DNA of 35,347 nt. Origin: a virus. Its lineage: Duplodnaviria; Caudoviricetes. Location: the IMG/VR virus record IMGVR_UViG_3300024988_000234, positions 1 through 35,347 of that record; one strand, 5' to 3'. Made by a program: the position numbers and the translations under genes. Below, piece after piece: positions 17,605 to 26,563 of the stretch. The notes beneath the pieces are model-generated. The model was not told the origin of the DNA and ran no database searches. It worked only from the letters and a program-made list of their open reading frames with translations. The stretch's first letter is position 1. Every line of letters begins with the position of its first letter.

Positions 17605-18741
17605 TCAGCTCTGGATCAGGATCCCGAAGTCCGGGCGGATGACGGCGGCGACCATCGCGTAGTCGAGCGTCATCAGCCAGCCGGCCTTCAGGTGCTGGTA
17701 GGAGAGCATCAGGCGGAACGGCAGCCCCTGGATCATCACCAGGCGGCTCTGGACGGAGCCGTTGTTGACCAACTCCAGCGGGCGGACGGCCAGCGCGATC
17801 GCGTACTTGTTCATCGCGACCGACGTGTACGTGACGCGCTGGTAGGTCTTCCCGGAGCCGGTCGTGCCGGCGTAGCCCTGCGAGAGGACCAGGGCGGTGT
17901 CGGACGTCACGGCCTCGACGCGGTAGTAGGCCGTGTCGGTCGCGACCTTGATCCAGGAGCCGACCGGGGCCTGGGTGGTGAAGGCGGTTCCGGTCCCCGT
18001 GACGGCCGTCGAGCCGTTGGTGACGGCGATCGTGCCGGTCAGGTTGGCGGTGGTCGAGGTCGGCATCTGCTGGTCGACCTTGCGCGTGTAGTTGAACGCC
18101 GGGGGCGTGCCCGGGCCGTCGGCGGCGTTCTGCCGCGTCTGGTTGGCGATCACCGCCCCGACCAGGTTCTCCTGGTACCAGTTGGAGTCGGTGAGCATGT
18201 TGCGGTGGACGTTGTTGTGGACCACCAGGGAGCAGGACGCGGGGTCCTGGACGGGGACCTTGGCGCCGGTGAGGACGTCCCAGGCGTTGGCGGCCGTGCC
18301 GATCGGGATCGACGCCGGCGTCGCCGACTGGAGCGCGGGGTACGCGTTGAAGTTGCCCGCGGTCAGCAGGGCCGCGATGGCGCCGTTGGCGTACTCGCAG
18401 GCCCGCTTGTAGCAGGGGTCGATGAACTGGTCGAGGATGTCGGTCGCGGTCTGGAACTGCTCGAAGTCCCGGACGAGGATCGCCTTGCCCGGGCGCTGGC
18501 CCCAGGCCATGTCGACGTAGCCGGGGTTGAGGTCCTCGGGGGTCCAGTCGTTGTTGGCCTGGTCCGTCATGGCCGCGACGTCCGGGAAGTAGATCCGGAT
18601 GGTCTGGCCCTGTCGGGCCACGGCGGGGCGGACGTCGAGGTAGACGGAGCCGAGGAGGCCGAGGCGTGCGACCTTGGCCTTGTTGTAGTCGCCTGCGGCG
18701 GCGGTGAGCCGCTCCAGGAATCCGGTGATCGTGTTGGCCAC
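17605..18741 (-). CDS. Major capsid protein (HK97 fold, P22-coat-like) with an inserted beta domain, 378 aa
   Basis: After the scaffold gene; MANT.. start, GQTIRI, C-terminal LDY....IRPDFG. Confidence 0.88.
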   Translation of the reverse strand: MANTITGFLERLTAAAGDYNKAKVARLGLLGSVYLDVRPAVARQGQTIRIYFPDVAAMTDQANNDWTPEDLNPGYVDMAWGQRPGKAILVRDFEQFQTATDILDQFIDPCYKRACEYANGAIAALLTAGNFNAYPALQSATPASIPIGTAANAWDVLTGAKVPVQDPASCSLVVHNNVHRNMLTDSNWYQENLVGAVIANQTRQNAADGPGTPPAFNYTRKVDQQMPTSTTANLTGTIAVTNGSTAVTGTGTAFTTQAPVGSWIKVATDTAYYRVEAVTSDTALVLSQGYAGTTGSGKTYQRVTYTSVAMNKYAIALAVRPLELVNNGSVQSRLVMIQGLPFRLMLSYQHLKAGWLMTLDYAMVAAVIRPDFGILIQS

Positions 18742-18860
18742 GGGCGAGTCCTATGTGCTCGCCGACCGGGCCCGGGGAGGGCCCTCGGCGGCCGGGGGGC
18801 CGCGGGATGGGATGGGCGGTGCGAGACGGGCGACGCCCCCGCGTCGGCCCTCGGCGGCGG

Positions 18861-19520
18861 TCAGACCTCGCCGCGTGCGACCCGCTCGGAGGCGGCCGCG
18901 CTGATCTTCTCGAAGTTGTTGAAGCTGTAGACGGGGTCGGAGAGCTGGTCGTCGGTGAACTTCGGGGCGGTCGTCGTCGAGCCCCCCTGCCCGTAGGCCG
19001 GGCCGGGCTTCGGGGCCGGCGGCGGCGTGGTCGTCGTCGAGCCGTCGGCGGGCGGGGGCGCCCCGGCCTCGGCCTCGCCGAACAGGTACCCGCGCTTGCC
19101 CTTCTGGTCGGCGATGGCCTGCTTCATGGCGGCCTCGTCGACGGCGTCGGCCTCGGGCTTCCAGCCGGAGAGCTGGTAGAGGTCGTCGGTCGCGCCCGGC
19201 TTCACGCCGGCCTCGCCGGCGAGCCGGTCGAACACGGCGCGATGCTTCAGGCCGCGCAGCTGGGCCGTCAGCTCCTCGACCTTCCTCGCCGAGGTCGACC
19301 CGTCGGCCTTCTCGCGGAGGGTCGTCACCTCGGACGTGAGGCCGTCGACCTGCGTCTTGAGGCCGTCGGCCCGGATCTTCTCCTGGTTGTACTTCTCCAG
19401 GTAGCCGCGGGCCTTGGCGGCGAGGCGGGCGATGGTGCCCGCGTTCTCGGCGCGGCGGGGGCGTTCAGAGCCGCCGCCGGCGGCGTCGGCGTTGGGGTTG
19501 AGCAGCAGTCGGGGGAACAT
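18861..19520 (-). CDS. Capsid scaffolding protein, 219 aa
   Basis: Between portal and capsid; GGGS N-terminus, coiled coil, YLF followed by a Pro/Gly-rich tail. Confidence 0.78.
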   Translation of the reverse strand: MFPRLLLNPNADAAGGGSERPRRAENAGTIARLAAKARGYLEKYNQEKIRADGLKTQVDGLTSEVTTLREKADGSTSARKVEELTAQLRGLKHRAVFDRLAGEAGVKPGATDDLYQLSGWKPEADAVDEAAMKQAIADQKGKRGYLFGEAEAGAPPPADGSTTTTPPPAPKPGPAYGQGGSTTTAPKFTDDQLSDPVYSFNNFEKISAAASERVARGEV

Positions 19521-19523
19521 CGG

Positions 19524-21095
19524 TCAATCGTCTCCGTCGGGGTCGTCTTCGTCGTCGCGTCCGGGGGCCGGCTCGGCCGGGCCGTCGGGCGGAGTCTCGT
19601 CGTCGTCCGGATTCGGCTCGGGTTCCGGCGGCTTGCGGAGGACGGCCTCCGCGTATTTGGGGGCGACCTTCCGCAGCTCGGCGTCGTCGGCCTCGATCTG
19701 GGCGACGATCGCGAGGGCCTGGTCGCGCGGGACGCCGTACCACTCGCCGATCGCCTGGAGCTGGGACTTCCAGCCGACGGCCACCTCGCCCGTGATCATC
19801 TCCAGGCGGTCGGGCGTGGGGATCGCCAGCGACGGCTGGGGCCAGCCGAGGGAGAGCCGGCCGGACTTCGCGGACGCGACCAGTTCGGGGCGGTCGTAGT
19901 GATGTCCCGAGCATAGGAGGATCAGCCGGGCCAGGTCCTGCTCGTAGACGCCGAAGGGCCCCCGGCGCTTGCGGGCCCGGCCCAGCAGCGGGGCCTGCTC
20001 GACGATCAGGCTGATGCCGCTGGCGACGCCCTGCTGGTCCATCCGGACGGCCGAGAGCGGGGCCCGCGCCGCCTCCAGGACCTGGTTGACGTAGTTGAGG
20101 CAGTCGGTCCACGCCCCGGCCACGTCGATCGTCGCCTGCAAGTGGCCGATCTCCGCCCCCTGCCCCGTCGTCATGCCGCCGGGCGTCGGGATCGCCCCGC
20201 CCTCGGCGAGCCGCAGGAACCGCCCAGGCTCCAGGACCGGCGTCCAGCCCCGCGGCATCCCCTTGACCCAGGCCACGGGGTTGAGGTGCTTGTGGATGCT
20301 CTCGTCGAGCCGCGAGAGCCGGTCGTCGACGCGGATCTCCGCGTCGACCAGCAGGTCGCCGGGCGAGGACGTCCAGAACTGCTGGATGGGCAGGTCGAAG
20401 TGGACGAACGCGAAGGGGACGACGCCGTAGGTGTTGGCCACGGCCTCGACCTGCTCCGCGACCCGGCCGCCCGACGTGCCGGCGGCCTTGGTGGTGACGA
20501 AGGTCCTGACCTCGTCCTTCGTCCACAGGCGGTAGCGGGTCTGCAAGTCGAAGCGGTCGATGGTGCAGACGGCGGCGGCCCGGGCGGGCTCGTCGGGATC
20601 GACCCAGACCTCGAAATGCTCGGCCGACCAGAGCCGGAGCGTGATCGGCTTCTCCGCCTCGCCGGCGGCGGCGTCGACCTGGATGGCGGCGACCTCCGAG
20701 CGGTGGGCGAGCTGGTCGGCCCGTGCCATCACCGCGTCGACGTGGTTGTCGGAGTAGACCTGGTCGAGCCAGGTTTGCCCGGCGTCGTCCGACCAGGTCC
20801 GCGACGGCCCGGGGCAGTAGAGGTGGTCCGTCAGGACCTCGATCACCTCGCGCGAAAACCCGCTCTCCCGGTGGGGCCGGCCCTGCTGGTCCCAGCTCGA
20901 CTCCGCGTCGCGGCGGAAGTAGTCGCAGTAGCGCTCGCCGTCGTAGTCCCAGAACGCGGCGTTGCGCGCGGCGCGGTCGCGGCGGTCCTTGCCGCAGGGG
21001 AGGCCCTTGGCCACCTCCTCGGCGATCGCCGCGACGTCGATCGTCGCCGGGCGGCCGGCCGTCGCCGGGTCGGTCTTGAAGATGCGGGAGAGCAT
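19524..21095 (-). CDS. Portal protein (SPP1 gp6-like), 523 aa
   Basis: FWDYDG, NTYGVVPF, SG.SL motifs; acidic C-terminus; position after TerL. Confidence 0.9.
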   Translation of the reverse strand: MLSRIFKTDPATAGRPATIDVAAIAEEVAKGLPCGKDRRDRAARNAAFWDYDGERYCDYFRRDAESSWDQQGRPHRESGFSREVIEVLTDHLYCPGPSRTWSDDAGQTWLDQVYSDNHVDAVMARADQLAHRSEVAAIQVDAAAGEAEKPITLRLWSAEHFEVWVDPDEPARAAAVCTIDRFDLQTRYRLWTKDEVRTFVTTKAAGTSGGRVAEQVEAVANTYGVVPFAFVHFDLPIQQFWTSSPGDLLVDAEIRVDDRLSRLDESIHKHLNPVAWVKGMPRGWTPVLEPGRFLRLAEGGAIPTPGGMTTGQGAEIGHLQATIDVAGAWTDCLNYVNQVLEAARAPLSAVRMDQQGVASGISLIVEQAPLLGRARKRRGPFGVYEQDLARLILLCSGHHYDRPELVASAKSGRLSLGWPQPSLAIPTPDRLEMITGEVAVGWKSQLQAIGEWYGVPRDQALAIVAQIEADDAELRKVAPKYAEAVLRKPPEPEPNPDDDETPPDGPAEPAPGRDDEDDPDGDD

Positions 21096-21099
21096 CGGC

Positions 21100-21330
21100 T
21101 CAGTGGGGCCCGATGGTCAGGTCGAAGGGGTAGCCGCGGTAGACCACCTGGAAGAACAGCGACGACAGGGCCTCGTTCGCGGTCTCCCCCGTCCCCTCGC
21201 AGGCGGAGTCGCCGGAGCCGAGGCGGGCCTTCCACGGTCCGTTCGGGTCGCGGCCGATGCGGATGTCGTTCGTCGGGGCGGCCGGCTCGGGGTCCGGCGT
21301 CGGCTCGGTCGGGGTCTCTTCGTCGGCCAT
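21100..21330 (-). CDS. Small HicB-N-terminal-like protein, 76 aa
   Basis: W.A......G.GETANEAL resembles the G.T.eEA motif of the HicB-like fold; GAGG RBS. Confidence 0.55.
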   Translation of the reverse strand: MADEETPTEPTPDPEPAAPTNDIRIGRDPNGPWKARLGSGDSACEGTGETANEALSSLFFQVVYRGYPFDLTIGPH

Positions 21331-21345
21331 CGGTCTAACCTCGGT

Positions 21346-22776
21346 TCAAGCAACGCGGGAGAAGGCGAACGACTGGATCAGGGCGTCGGCGACGTCGGGC
21401 GAGTGGCCCAGCTTGGCCGACCACTGTTTCTTGGGGAGGAGCTGCACCTGGGTCCGGACGCCGCACTCGTAGGTGAGGGCTTCCAGCGCCCGCTTCAGCC
21501 GCTCCCAGTAGTCGCCGATCGGGATGGCGAACGGGGCGGCCCCGCCGGCGGCCGTCGGGTCGAGGCGGTTCTTGAGGTTCCAGGCGGCCTCGGTGCGGAG
21601 GTTCGTGAAGTGGGCCGGGTCGAGCGGCCGGCCCTCGCCGGCGTAGGCGACGGCCGTCACGCCGTGGTGCCACAGGTGATGCGGGAAGTCGCGGCCGATG
21701 CCGAGCGAGTCGTAGCTGATCCGCTCGTCGGGGACGTTCCAGATCTGCCGCAGCCGGCTCACTTCCGCCGCGGCCTCGGGGAGCCCCATCGCATTCCCGT
21801 GGGTCACCTGGAGGACGCCCAGGTCGTCGCGGACGAGGACGACGGAGGAGTCGCGGCCGACCCCTTCGCCCAGGTCGACGGCGATGCGGCGGGTCTGGTG
21901 GATCGGGTGGTTGATCGGGTAGGCCGGCCGGATCACGGTGGCCGCCCAGTCGAGCCACGCCCCGGGGATCAGGGCCTCGGAGCTGGCGATCGGGATCTCG
22001 GCCTTGATGTGGCTGCGGACCCACAGGCCGTCCTCGCCGTGCATCCGGTAGGCCGACCGCAGGAACGTCCGGTCGGCGAGGCCGCGGGGGCTCTCCTCCA
22101 GGTCGATGTCGGGGCTGTCGGTCGACGGGATCCGGATGGCGTTGATCGACTCGGCCGGCGGCCTTCCCAGCCGGGCGTCCTCCTCGCCCATGCGGATCCG
22201 GCGGACGAACTCGCCGTCGGGCCGGATCGGGTTGCCGATCGCCAGCAGCCGGACGTACTTCAGGGAGTCGAGGGCGTACCAAATCTCGTCGAGGACGCCC
22301 GACGCCTCTTCGATGATGACGAGGACCTTGCGCTCGTGCTGGCCGCTCGCCCGCTCGACCGACGTCGTGCTGTATCCGAGGGCCTGCCAGCCGCTCCGGG
22401 CGTCGACGGCGCACACCTGGGGGCTCGTCTTGACCCCGGTCGTGACCTTCGCCCCGAGCGGGATCACGGCGTTGTCGACGGCCCGCCGGACCTCCTTCCA
22501 AGTGACGCTGCCGAGCAACGTCTGCGAGGGCCCGGTGACGATCACCAGCGAGTTCGCCCGGGTGTAGAGCCACCACGGGATGATGTCGCCGAGGAGGTAG
22601 TCCTTGCCGGTCGCGTTGCCGCTGTAGCAGATCGTCTGCCGATACTTGACCACCGACTCGGCGACCTCGCGCTGGCGCCACCACAGGGGCGCCCGGCCTA
22701 GGATCGCGCTGTTGAACAGGTCCGGGTCGCTATGGCACCTCGCCAGCAGGGAGATCAGCCTCTCGCGTTCGTTCAC
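21346..22776 (-). CDS. terL: Terminase large subunit, 476 aa
   Basis: WWRQ (Q motif), Walker A SGNATGKD, Walker B VIIEEASG, IGNP coupling motif, nuclease AVDLG..GRDSSV and SPDVADAL. Confidence 0.95.
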   Translation of the reverse strand: MNERERLISLLARCHSDPDLFNSAILGRAPLWWRQREVAESVVKYRQTICYSGNATGKDYLLGDIIPWWLYTRANSLVIVTGPSQTLLGSVTWKEVRRAVDNAVIPLGAKVTTGVKTSPQVCAVDARSGWQALGYSTTSVERASGQHERKVLVIIEEASGVLDEIWYALDSLKYVRLLAIGNPIRPDGEFVRRIRMGEEDARLGRPPAESINAIRIPSTDSPDIDLEESPRGLADRTFLRSAYRMHGEDGLWVRSHIKAEIPIASSEALIPGAWLDWAATVIRPAYPINHPIHQTRRIAVDLGEGVGRDSSVVLVRDDLGVLQVTHGNAMGLPEAAAEVSRLRQIWNVPDERISYDSLGIGRDFPHHLWHHGVTAVAYAGEGRPLDPAHFTNLRTEAAWNLKNRLDPTAAGGAAPFAIPIGDYWERLKRALEALTYECGVRTQVQLLPKKQWSAKLGHSPDVADALIQSFAFSRVA

Positions 22777-23116
22777 GGTGTTCCGCCAGGGCCTCCGCCT
22801 TCCCGACCAGGTCGGCCAGGCTGTCTTCCTTCTTCCCCTCGAACTTCCGCCGCATCAGGTCGAGGGCCTGTTGCTTCAGGACCAGGCCGCCGAACTGGGC
22901 GATGGCTCGAATCGCGGCGATCCGCGTCCGCGGCGGGATGGGAAGGCCGTTGCCGCCGGTGTCGTCCTCGCCGGAGACGAGGTTGACGAGCGTCTGGAGG
23001 ATGTCCCGCTTCACCCGCGGGGGGATCGGCCAGTCCTGGCGGAGGGCCTGCTCGATCAGCTTGAGGTCCGACCGCGACGGGACGCCGTCGGCCCCCTCGT
23101 CTTCACGGTCTTCCAC
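22730..23116 (-). CDS. Putative terminase small subunit, 128 aa
   Basis: Helical protein immediately upstream of, and overlapping, terL. Confidence 0.6.
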   Translation of the reverse strand: MEDREDEGADGVPSRSDLKLIEQALRQDWPIPPRVKRDILQTLVNLVSGEDDTGGNGLPIPPRTRIAAIRAIAQFGGLVLKQQALDLMRRKFEGKKEDSLADLVGKAEALAEHRERTREADLPAGEVP

Positions 23117-23146
23117 GGGCGGCGGACTCCGGGGGCCGGGCCGCCG

Positions 23147-23668
23147 TCAACGCGCTCGAAGGGCCGACGTTAGGCGGAGGGCGAGTCGATAGAAGACCTG
23201 CGTGGCCGAGAGGCGGACCTGCGCCGCCCCTGCGGTGAGCGTGACGGTCGTCAGGCCGTCCTGATCCTCGGGCTGCATCACCGCGAGGATCTCCGACGGC
23301 TTGAGCCGGATGCCACCGAAGTCGATCGGCGCATCCAGCTCGTCGAGCGGGACGGAGGGCCCGATCGGGATGCCGAAGCCCTTCACGACGGCTTCGACGT
23401 TGTTCACGACGCCGGCCAGGCCGGACGCTTTCAGGTCCTTGACGCCCTTCGCAGCCTGCTTATCGCTCGCCGGGGCGACGGCCGTGGCCTCGTTGATCCG
23501 CTTGACGACGCTCTCGGCGGCTCGGCCCTTCAAGCTCAGGACTCCGCCGCGTTCCAGGTAGACGTCGCAGCCGCGGACCGGCACGCCGTCGCATAGAGCG
23601 ACGTAATCCCTGACCTCGACGATGGCGTCGCGCCGGACGTACCTGCCTGCGGTGATCTCGATCAGCAT
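23147..23668 (-). CDS. Hypothetical protein, 173 aa, with two similar small beta domains
   Basis: GGGGAG RBS; IEITAGRYVRRDAIVEV and IDFGGIRLKPSEILAV. Confidence 0.7.
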   Translation of the reverse strand: MLIEITAGRYVRRDAIVEVRDYVALCDGVPVRGCDVYLERGGVLSLKGRAAESVVKRINEATAVAPASDKQAAKGVKDLKASGLAGVVNNVEAVVKGFGIPIGPSVPLDELDAPIDFGGIRLKPSEILAVMQPEDQDGLTTVTLTAGAAQVRLSATQVFYRLALRLTSALRAR

Positions 23669-23684
23669 CGGCCAGACTCCCCCT

Positions 23685-23780
23685 TCACCAGGTACAGGGC
23701 CATTCCGCCATGAGCAGGTAGAGGCCGGTCGCGGCGAGGATCGCCAGCTCGACGGCCTCATCCCGCGTCGGGCGTCGCAC
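23685..23780 (-). CDS. Possible 31-aa membrane peptide (MRRPTRDEAVELAILAATGLYLLMAEWPCTW)
   Basis: Below the ORF-track cutoff; exactly fills an operon gap; hydrophobic core. Confidence 0.35.
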   Translation of the reverse strand: MRRPTRDEAVELAILAATGLYLLMAEWPCTW

Positions 23781-23784
23781 GTCG

Positions 23785-24192
23785 TCAGGCCGCCGCGTCG
23801 TCGTAGCCGAGGAGCGTCTGGACGAGGTAGTCGCCCGGGACCTCCAGCACGCTCGGGATCGCCAGCGTGTAGGGGTCGACGCCCTCGGGCGGGACGGGGT
23901 CGGTCCGGACGCTGTAGGGGTAGTCCGACGCGAGCCACGCCTCGACGGTCGTCGGCACGGGCTCGCCGGGCTTCACGAAGTAGGCCCGGGTCTCGGCCGG
24001 GGCGGCCTGGACGGCCGGGTCGAACGACGGGTACGTCAGCACGACGCCCCCCTCGCCCAGGCCCTTGATCGCGGGCTTCACGTCGGCCTTCGTCGGCGCG
24101 GGCGGCGTGACGATCGGTTCCGGCTCCGGGGTCGGGGTCGCCGGGACCTGGAGGAAGACGCCGATCGAGGAGCCGAGTTCGAAGCGGAGCAT
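23785..24192 (-). CDS. Hypothetical protein, 135 aa (Pro linker plus Ig/FnIII-like beta domain)
   Basis: Normal composition; VVLTY..F, PGDYLVQ. Confidence 0.65.
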   Translation of the reverse strand: MLRFELGSSIGVFLQVPATPTPEPEPIVTPPAPTKADVKPAIKGLGEGGVVLTYPSFDPAVQAAPAETRAYFVKPGEPVPTTVEAWLASDYPYSVRTDPVPPEGVDPYTLAIPSVLEVPGDYLVQTLLGYDDAAA

Positions 24193-24299
24193 CGTGAAGA
24201 GACCCTTTCGACGAGAGGTTCGAGGATGAGGCGAAAGGCCAGCTCGCCGGCCAGCGGGAGGCAGGCGAGGCCGGCCAGGGCGAAGACGATGGAGGTCAT
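24078..24299 (-). CDS. Possible small membrane protein, 73 aa
   Basis: Hydrophobic N-terminus IVFALAGLACLPLAG; long overlap with the next gene lowers confidence. Confidence 0.4.
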   Translation of the reverse strand: MTSIVFALAGLACLPLAGELAFRLILEPLVERVSSRCSASNSAPRSASSSRSRRPRPRSRNRSSRRPRRRRPT

Positions 24300-24339
24300 T
24301 GCAGGCGGAGGAAACCCCAGGGGCCGACGGCCGACCGCG

Positions 24340-24660
24340 TCACGCGGGGCCGCCGCCGTCTTTTGGGACGAAAGCCCCCATCAGCCGCTCCAGCTCGTCG
24401 TCGACCCCGTCGTCGACGACCCGGTCGATGAGCCTGGCCGCCGCCCGTCGGCGACGCTCGTCGCGGACCCAGTCGGCGGCGACCAGGACGGGGTGGCGGT
24501 CGGGGGCCGCGGCGACGGCCGGCATCGCCGGCGAGACGAAGCGGGGCGAGGCGGCCGGGACCGCGGCGGCCCGGCGACGCCAGGCCGAGACGCCGGCGAC
24601 GGCCAGGCACAGCACGAACAGGGCGGCCGAACAGGCCAGGGCGATCTGCCCGTGGGTCAT
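24340..24660 (-). CDS. Membrane protein, 106 aa
   Basis: N-terminal TM IALACSAALFVLCLAVAGV followed by a charged helix. Confidence 0.65.
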   Translation of the reverse strand: MTHGQIALACSAALFVLCLAVAGVSAWRRRAAAVPAASPRFVSPAMPAVAAAPDRHPVLVAADWVRDERRRRAAARLIDRVVDDGVDDELERLMGAFVPKDGGGPA

Positions 24661-24669
24661 GGCGACGTC

Positions 24670-25131
24670 TCAGCGGGGTCGGAGGACGGAGCGGACGGCG
24701 ATGAGGACGCCGAGGATGCAGAGCGCGACGCCGGCGGCGTAGAGCATCAGCTCGCCCGGCGGGACGCCCCCCGGCTCGACGGGCGGGCCGGGGTCCGGTT
24801 CGGCCGGCGGATCGGGCTTGCACCGCTCGGCGACGGCGGCGACCTCCGCCAGCGTCCGCGGGTCGGACGCGCGGATGGTCCGGCCGTCGCTCGCGAGGCG
24901 GGCGGCGACGACGCCGTTGGTTTCGAAGGCCGGCCGGGCCGGGGCCGGGTCGGGCCGGTACTCGACCGGGCGGAACTTGCCGTCGGCCGTCTCGACCGAC
25001 CAGACCCACAGCTCCCGCGGCCCGACGACGTGGACCCGGTGCAGGCCCGGTCCCGACGTCGCCGGCGAGGCGGGCGCGTCGTCGTCGGCCTGGGCGGCGA
25101 CGGCCAGGGCGAGGATCAGCGTGGGGATCAT
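24670..25131 (-). CDS. Exported protein with a C-terminal TM anchor, 153 aa
   Basis: GAGGAG RBS; signal peptide MIPTLILALAVAAQA; C-terminal LYAAGVALCILGVLIAV-R. Confidence 0.72.
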   Translation of the reverse strand: MIPTLILALAVAAQADDDAPASPATSGPGLHRVHVVGPRELWVWSVETADGKFRPVEYRPDPAPARPAFETNGVVAARLASDGRTIRASDPRTLAEVAAVAERCKPDPPAEPDPGPPVEPGGVPPGELMLYAAGVALCILGVLIAVRSVLRPR

Positions 25132-25178
25132 GGTCGGGCTCCTCGGACGTCGGCGTCCGCGGGAGGGTGTGCGAGGAC

Positions 25179-25397
25179 TCAGGCGGGACCGAACCGAAAC
25201 CGCGGGCCGAGCAGGTCGACTCTCGTCAGCTTCATGAGGCAGTAGCGGCACAGCCCGCCGGGCCGGGGCTCGGTGGCCGCGCCGCATTTGGTGCAGGCGA
25301 CCGGGGCGAGGGGGACCGGGGCGGGGATCGCCGCGGCCGGGATCTGCTCGCGGACGATCAGCCAGCGCTCCGCTCGGGGTTCTTGGCGGGTCTGCAC
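25179..25397 (-). CDS. Small Zn-finger protein, 72 aa
   Basis: GAGAGGAGAG RBS before GTG; CTKC..LCRYC. Confidence 0.65.
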   Translation of the reverse strand: MQTRQEPRAERWLIVREQIPAAAIPAPVPLAPVACTKCGAATEPRPGGLCRYCLMKLTRVDLLGPRFRFGPA

Positions 25398-25429
25398 GGT
25401 CTCTCCTCTCGGCTTCGATCTGCGAGGGG

Positions 25430-26563
25430 TCAGGACGGCCGGACGGCGGTCGACGCCCGGTAGGCGTTGCGGGCCGCCATCAGCCAGAGCAGGTTCGAGG
25501 GGAGCAGCAGCGCCGCCGAGGCGAGCAGCAGCGCCGCCGCGTAGTAGAGCGAGTCGTCGAGCCCGGGCGGCAGCCGGAGCCACACGAACCCCCAGCCCTT
25601 GCCCCCGTCCGGGAAGCGGCGGGCGAACTCGGCCGCGGTGACCCAGCGGTACTTGCCCGGGTCGTTGTTGTCGATGATGCAGGCGACGGCCTCGTCGAGG
25701 TGCGCGTCGCTGATCATGTGATGGACCGGCTTGCCTTCGTACAGCTCGCCGGTGTTGGTCGTGGAGCCGACGGGGTAGCCCTTGGCGTTGTAGGCCCGGA
25801 CCAGGTCCGTCCCCTCGCCCTCCCAGCTGAACCACTTCTCGTCGGGGAGCACTTCCTTGAGGAGCTTCTCCAGCTTCTCGGGGTAGTACCCGCCCGGCTC
25901 GGCCTTCGCCCGCTTCCACAGCTCCGAGCCCTTGCCCGACTCCAGCCCCGGCACTCCCTGGTACATGCCGTTGGCGAGGATCGAGGAGATGACGCACAGC
26001 CCCGCGCCGTCGACGTCGGAGCCCTCGTTGCGGATGTGCATCTCCGCCGGGATCGGGGCGTTGGCGACGACGGATCCCAGCCGCGGCTCGGTCGTGACGA
26101 CCTCGGCCCGGCCGGTCGGGAGCTGCTGGGCCCGGGCCGGGCCGGCCGTCGCCAGGATCGCCAGGGCGGCGATCGCGAAGTGGTTGACCGCGCGGCTGAA
26201 CCGGCGGTAGCCGAGGCCGCCGGCCGTCTCGGGCTCGGCCGGGCCGGCGGGCGGGGCGACGACCGCCCGGCACTCGACCTTCAGCGACTCGGAGACGGTC
26301 GGGCGGAGCTGGGCCCGCATCTCCTCCAGGACCTCGGGCCCCATCAGCCGGGCGATCTCGGCGTTGGTGACCCGCTTCTCCTCGCGGGTGGAGAGGACCG
26401 GGTACAGGTCGCCGTCCTCGACGGGGAGGCCCTCGCGGACCTTGGCGAGCACGGACCGCTTCGCCGTCTCGTAGACGACGATCGCGTCCTTCGACTTCTC
26501 GCCGGCGGCCTTCAGGTGGCTCAGCTCGGCCTGGGTGATCCGGTCGGCGGGGGGGCGTTCCAT
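25430..26563 (-). CDS. Papain-fold (C39-like) cysteine peptidase with an internal signal peptide and C-terminal TM, 377 aa
   Basis: GAGG RBS; N.G..DG.GLCVISS (Cys), HHM (His), IIDNN.PG (Asp/Asn); AIAALAILATAGPARA|QQ. Confidence 0.72.
   Translation of the reverse strand: MERPPADRITQAELSHLKAAGEKSKDAIVVYETAKRSVLAKVREGLPVEDGDLYPVLSTREEKRVTNAEIARLMGPEVLEEMRAQLRPTVSESLKVECRAVVAPPAGPAEPETAGGLGYRRFSRAVNHFAIAALAILATAGPARAQQLPTGRAEVVTTEPRLGSVVANAPIPAEMHIRNEGSDVDGAGLCVISSILANGMYQGVPGLESGKGSELWKRAKAEPGGYYPEKLEKLLKEVLPDEKWFSWEGEGTDLVRAYNAKGYPVGSTTNTGELYEGKPVHHMISDAHLDEAVACIIDNNDPGKYRWVTAAEFARRFPDGGKGWGFVWLRLPPGLDDSLYYAAALLLASAALLLPSNLLWLMAARNAYRASTAVRPS

Noticed and set aside
18742-18860. GC-rich hairpins between scaffold and capsid genes
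   Set aside because: No U-tract; cannot be called a terminator or ncRNA at this GC content.
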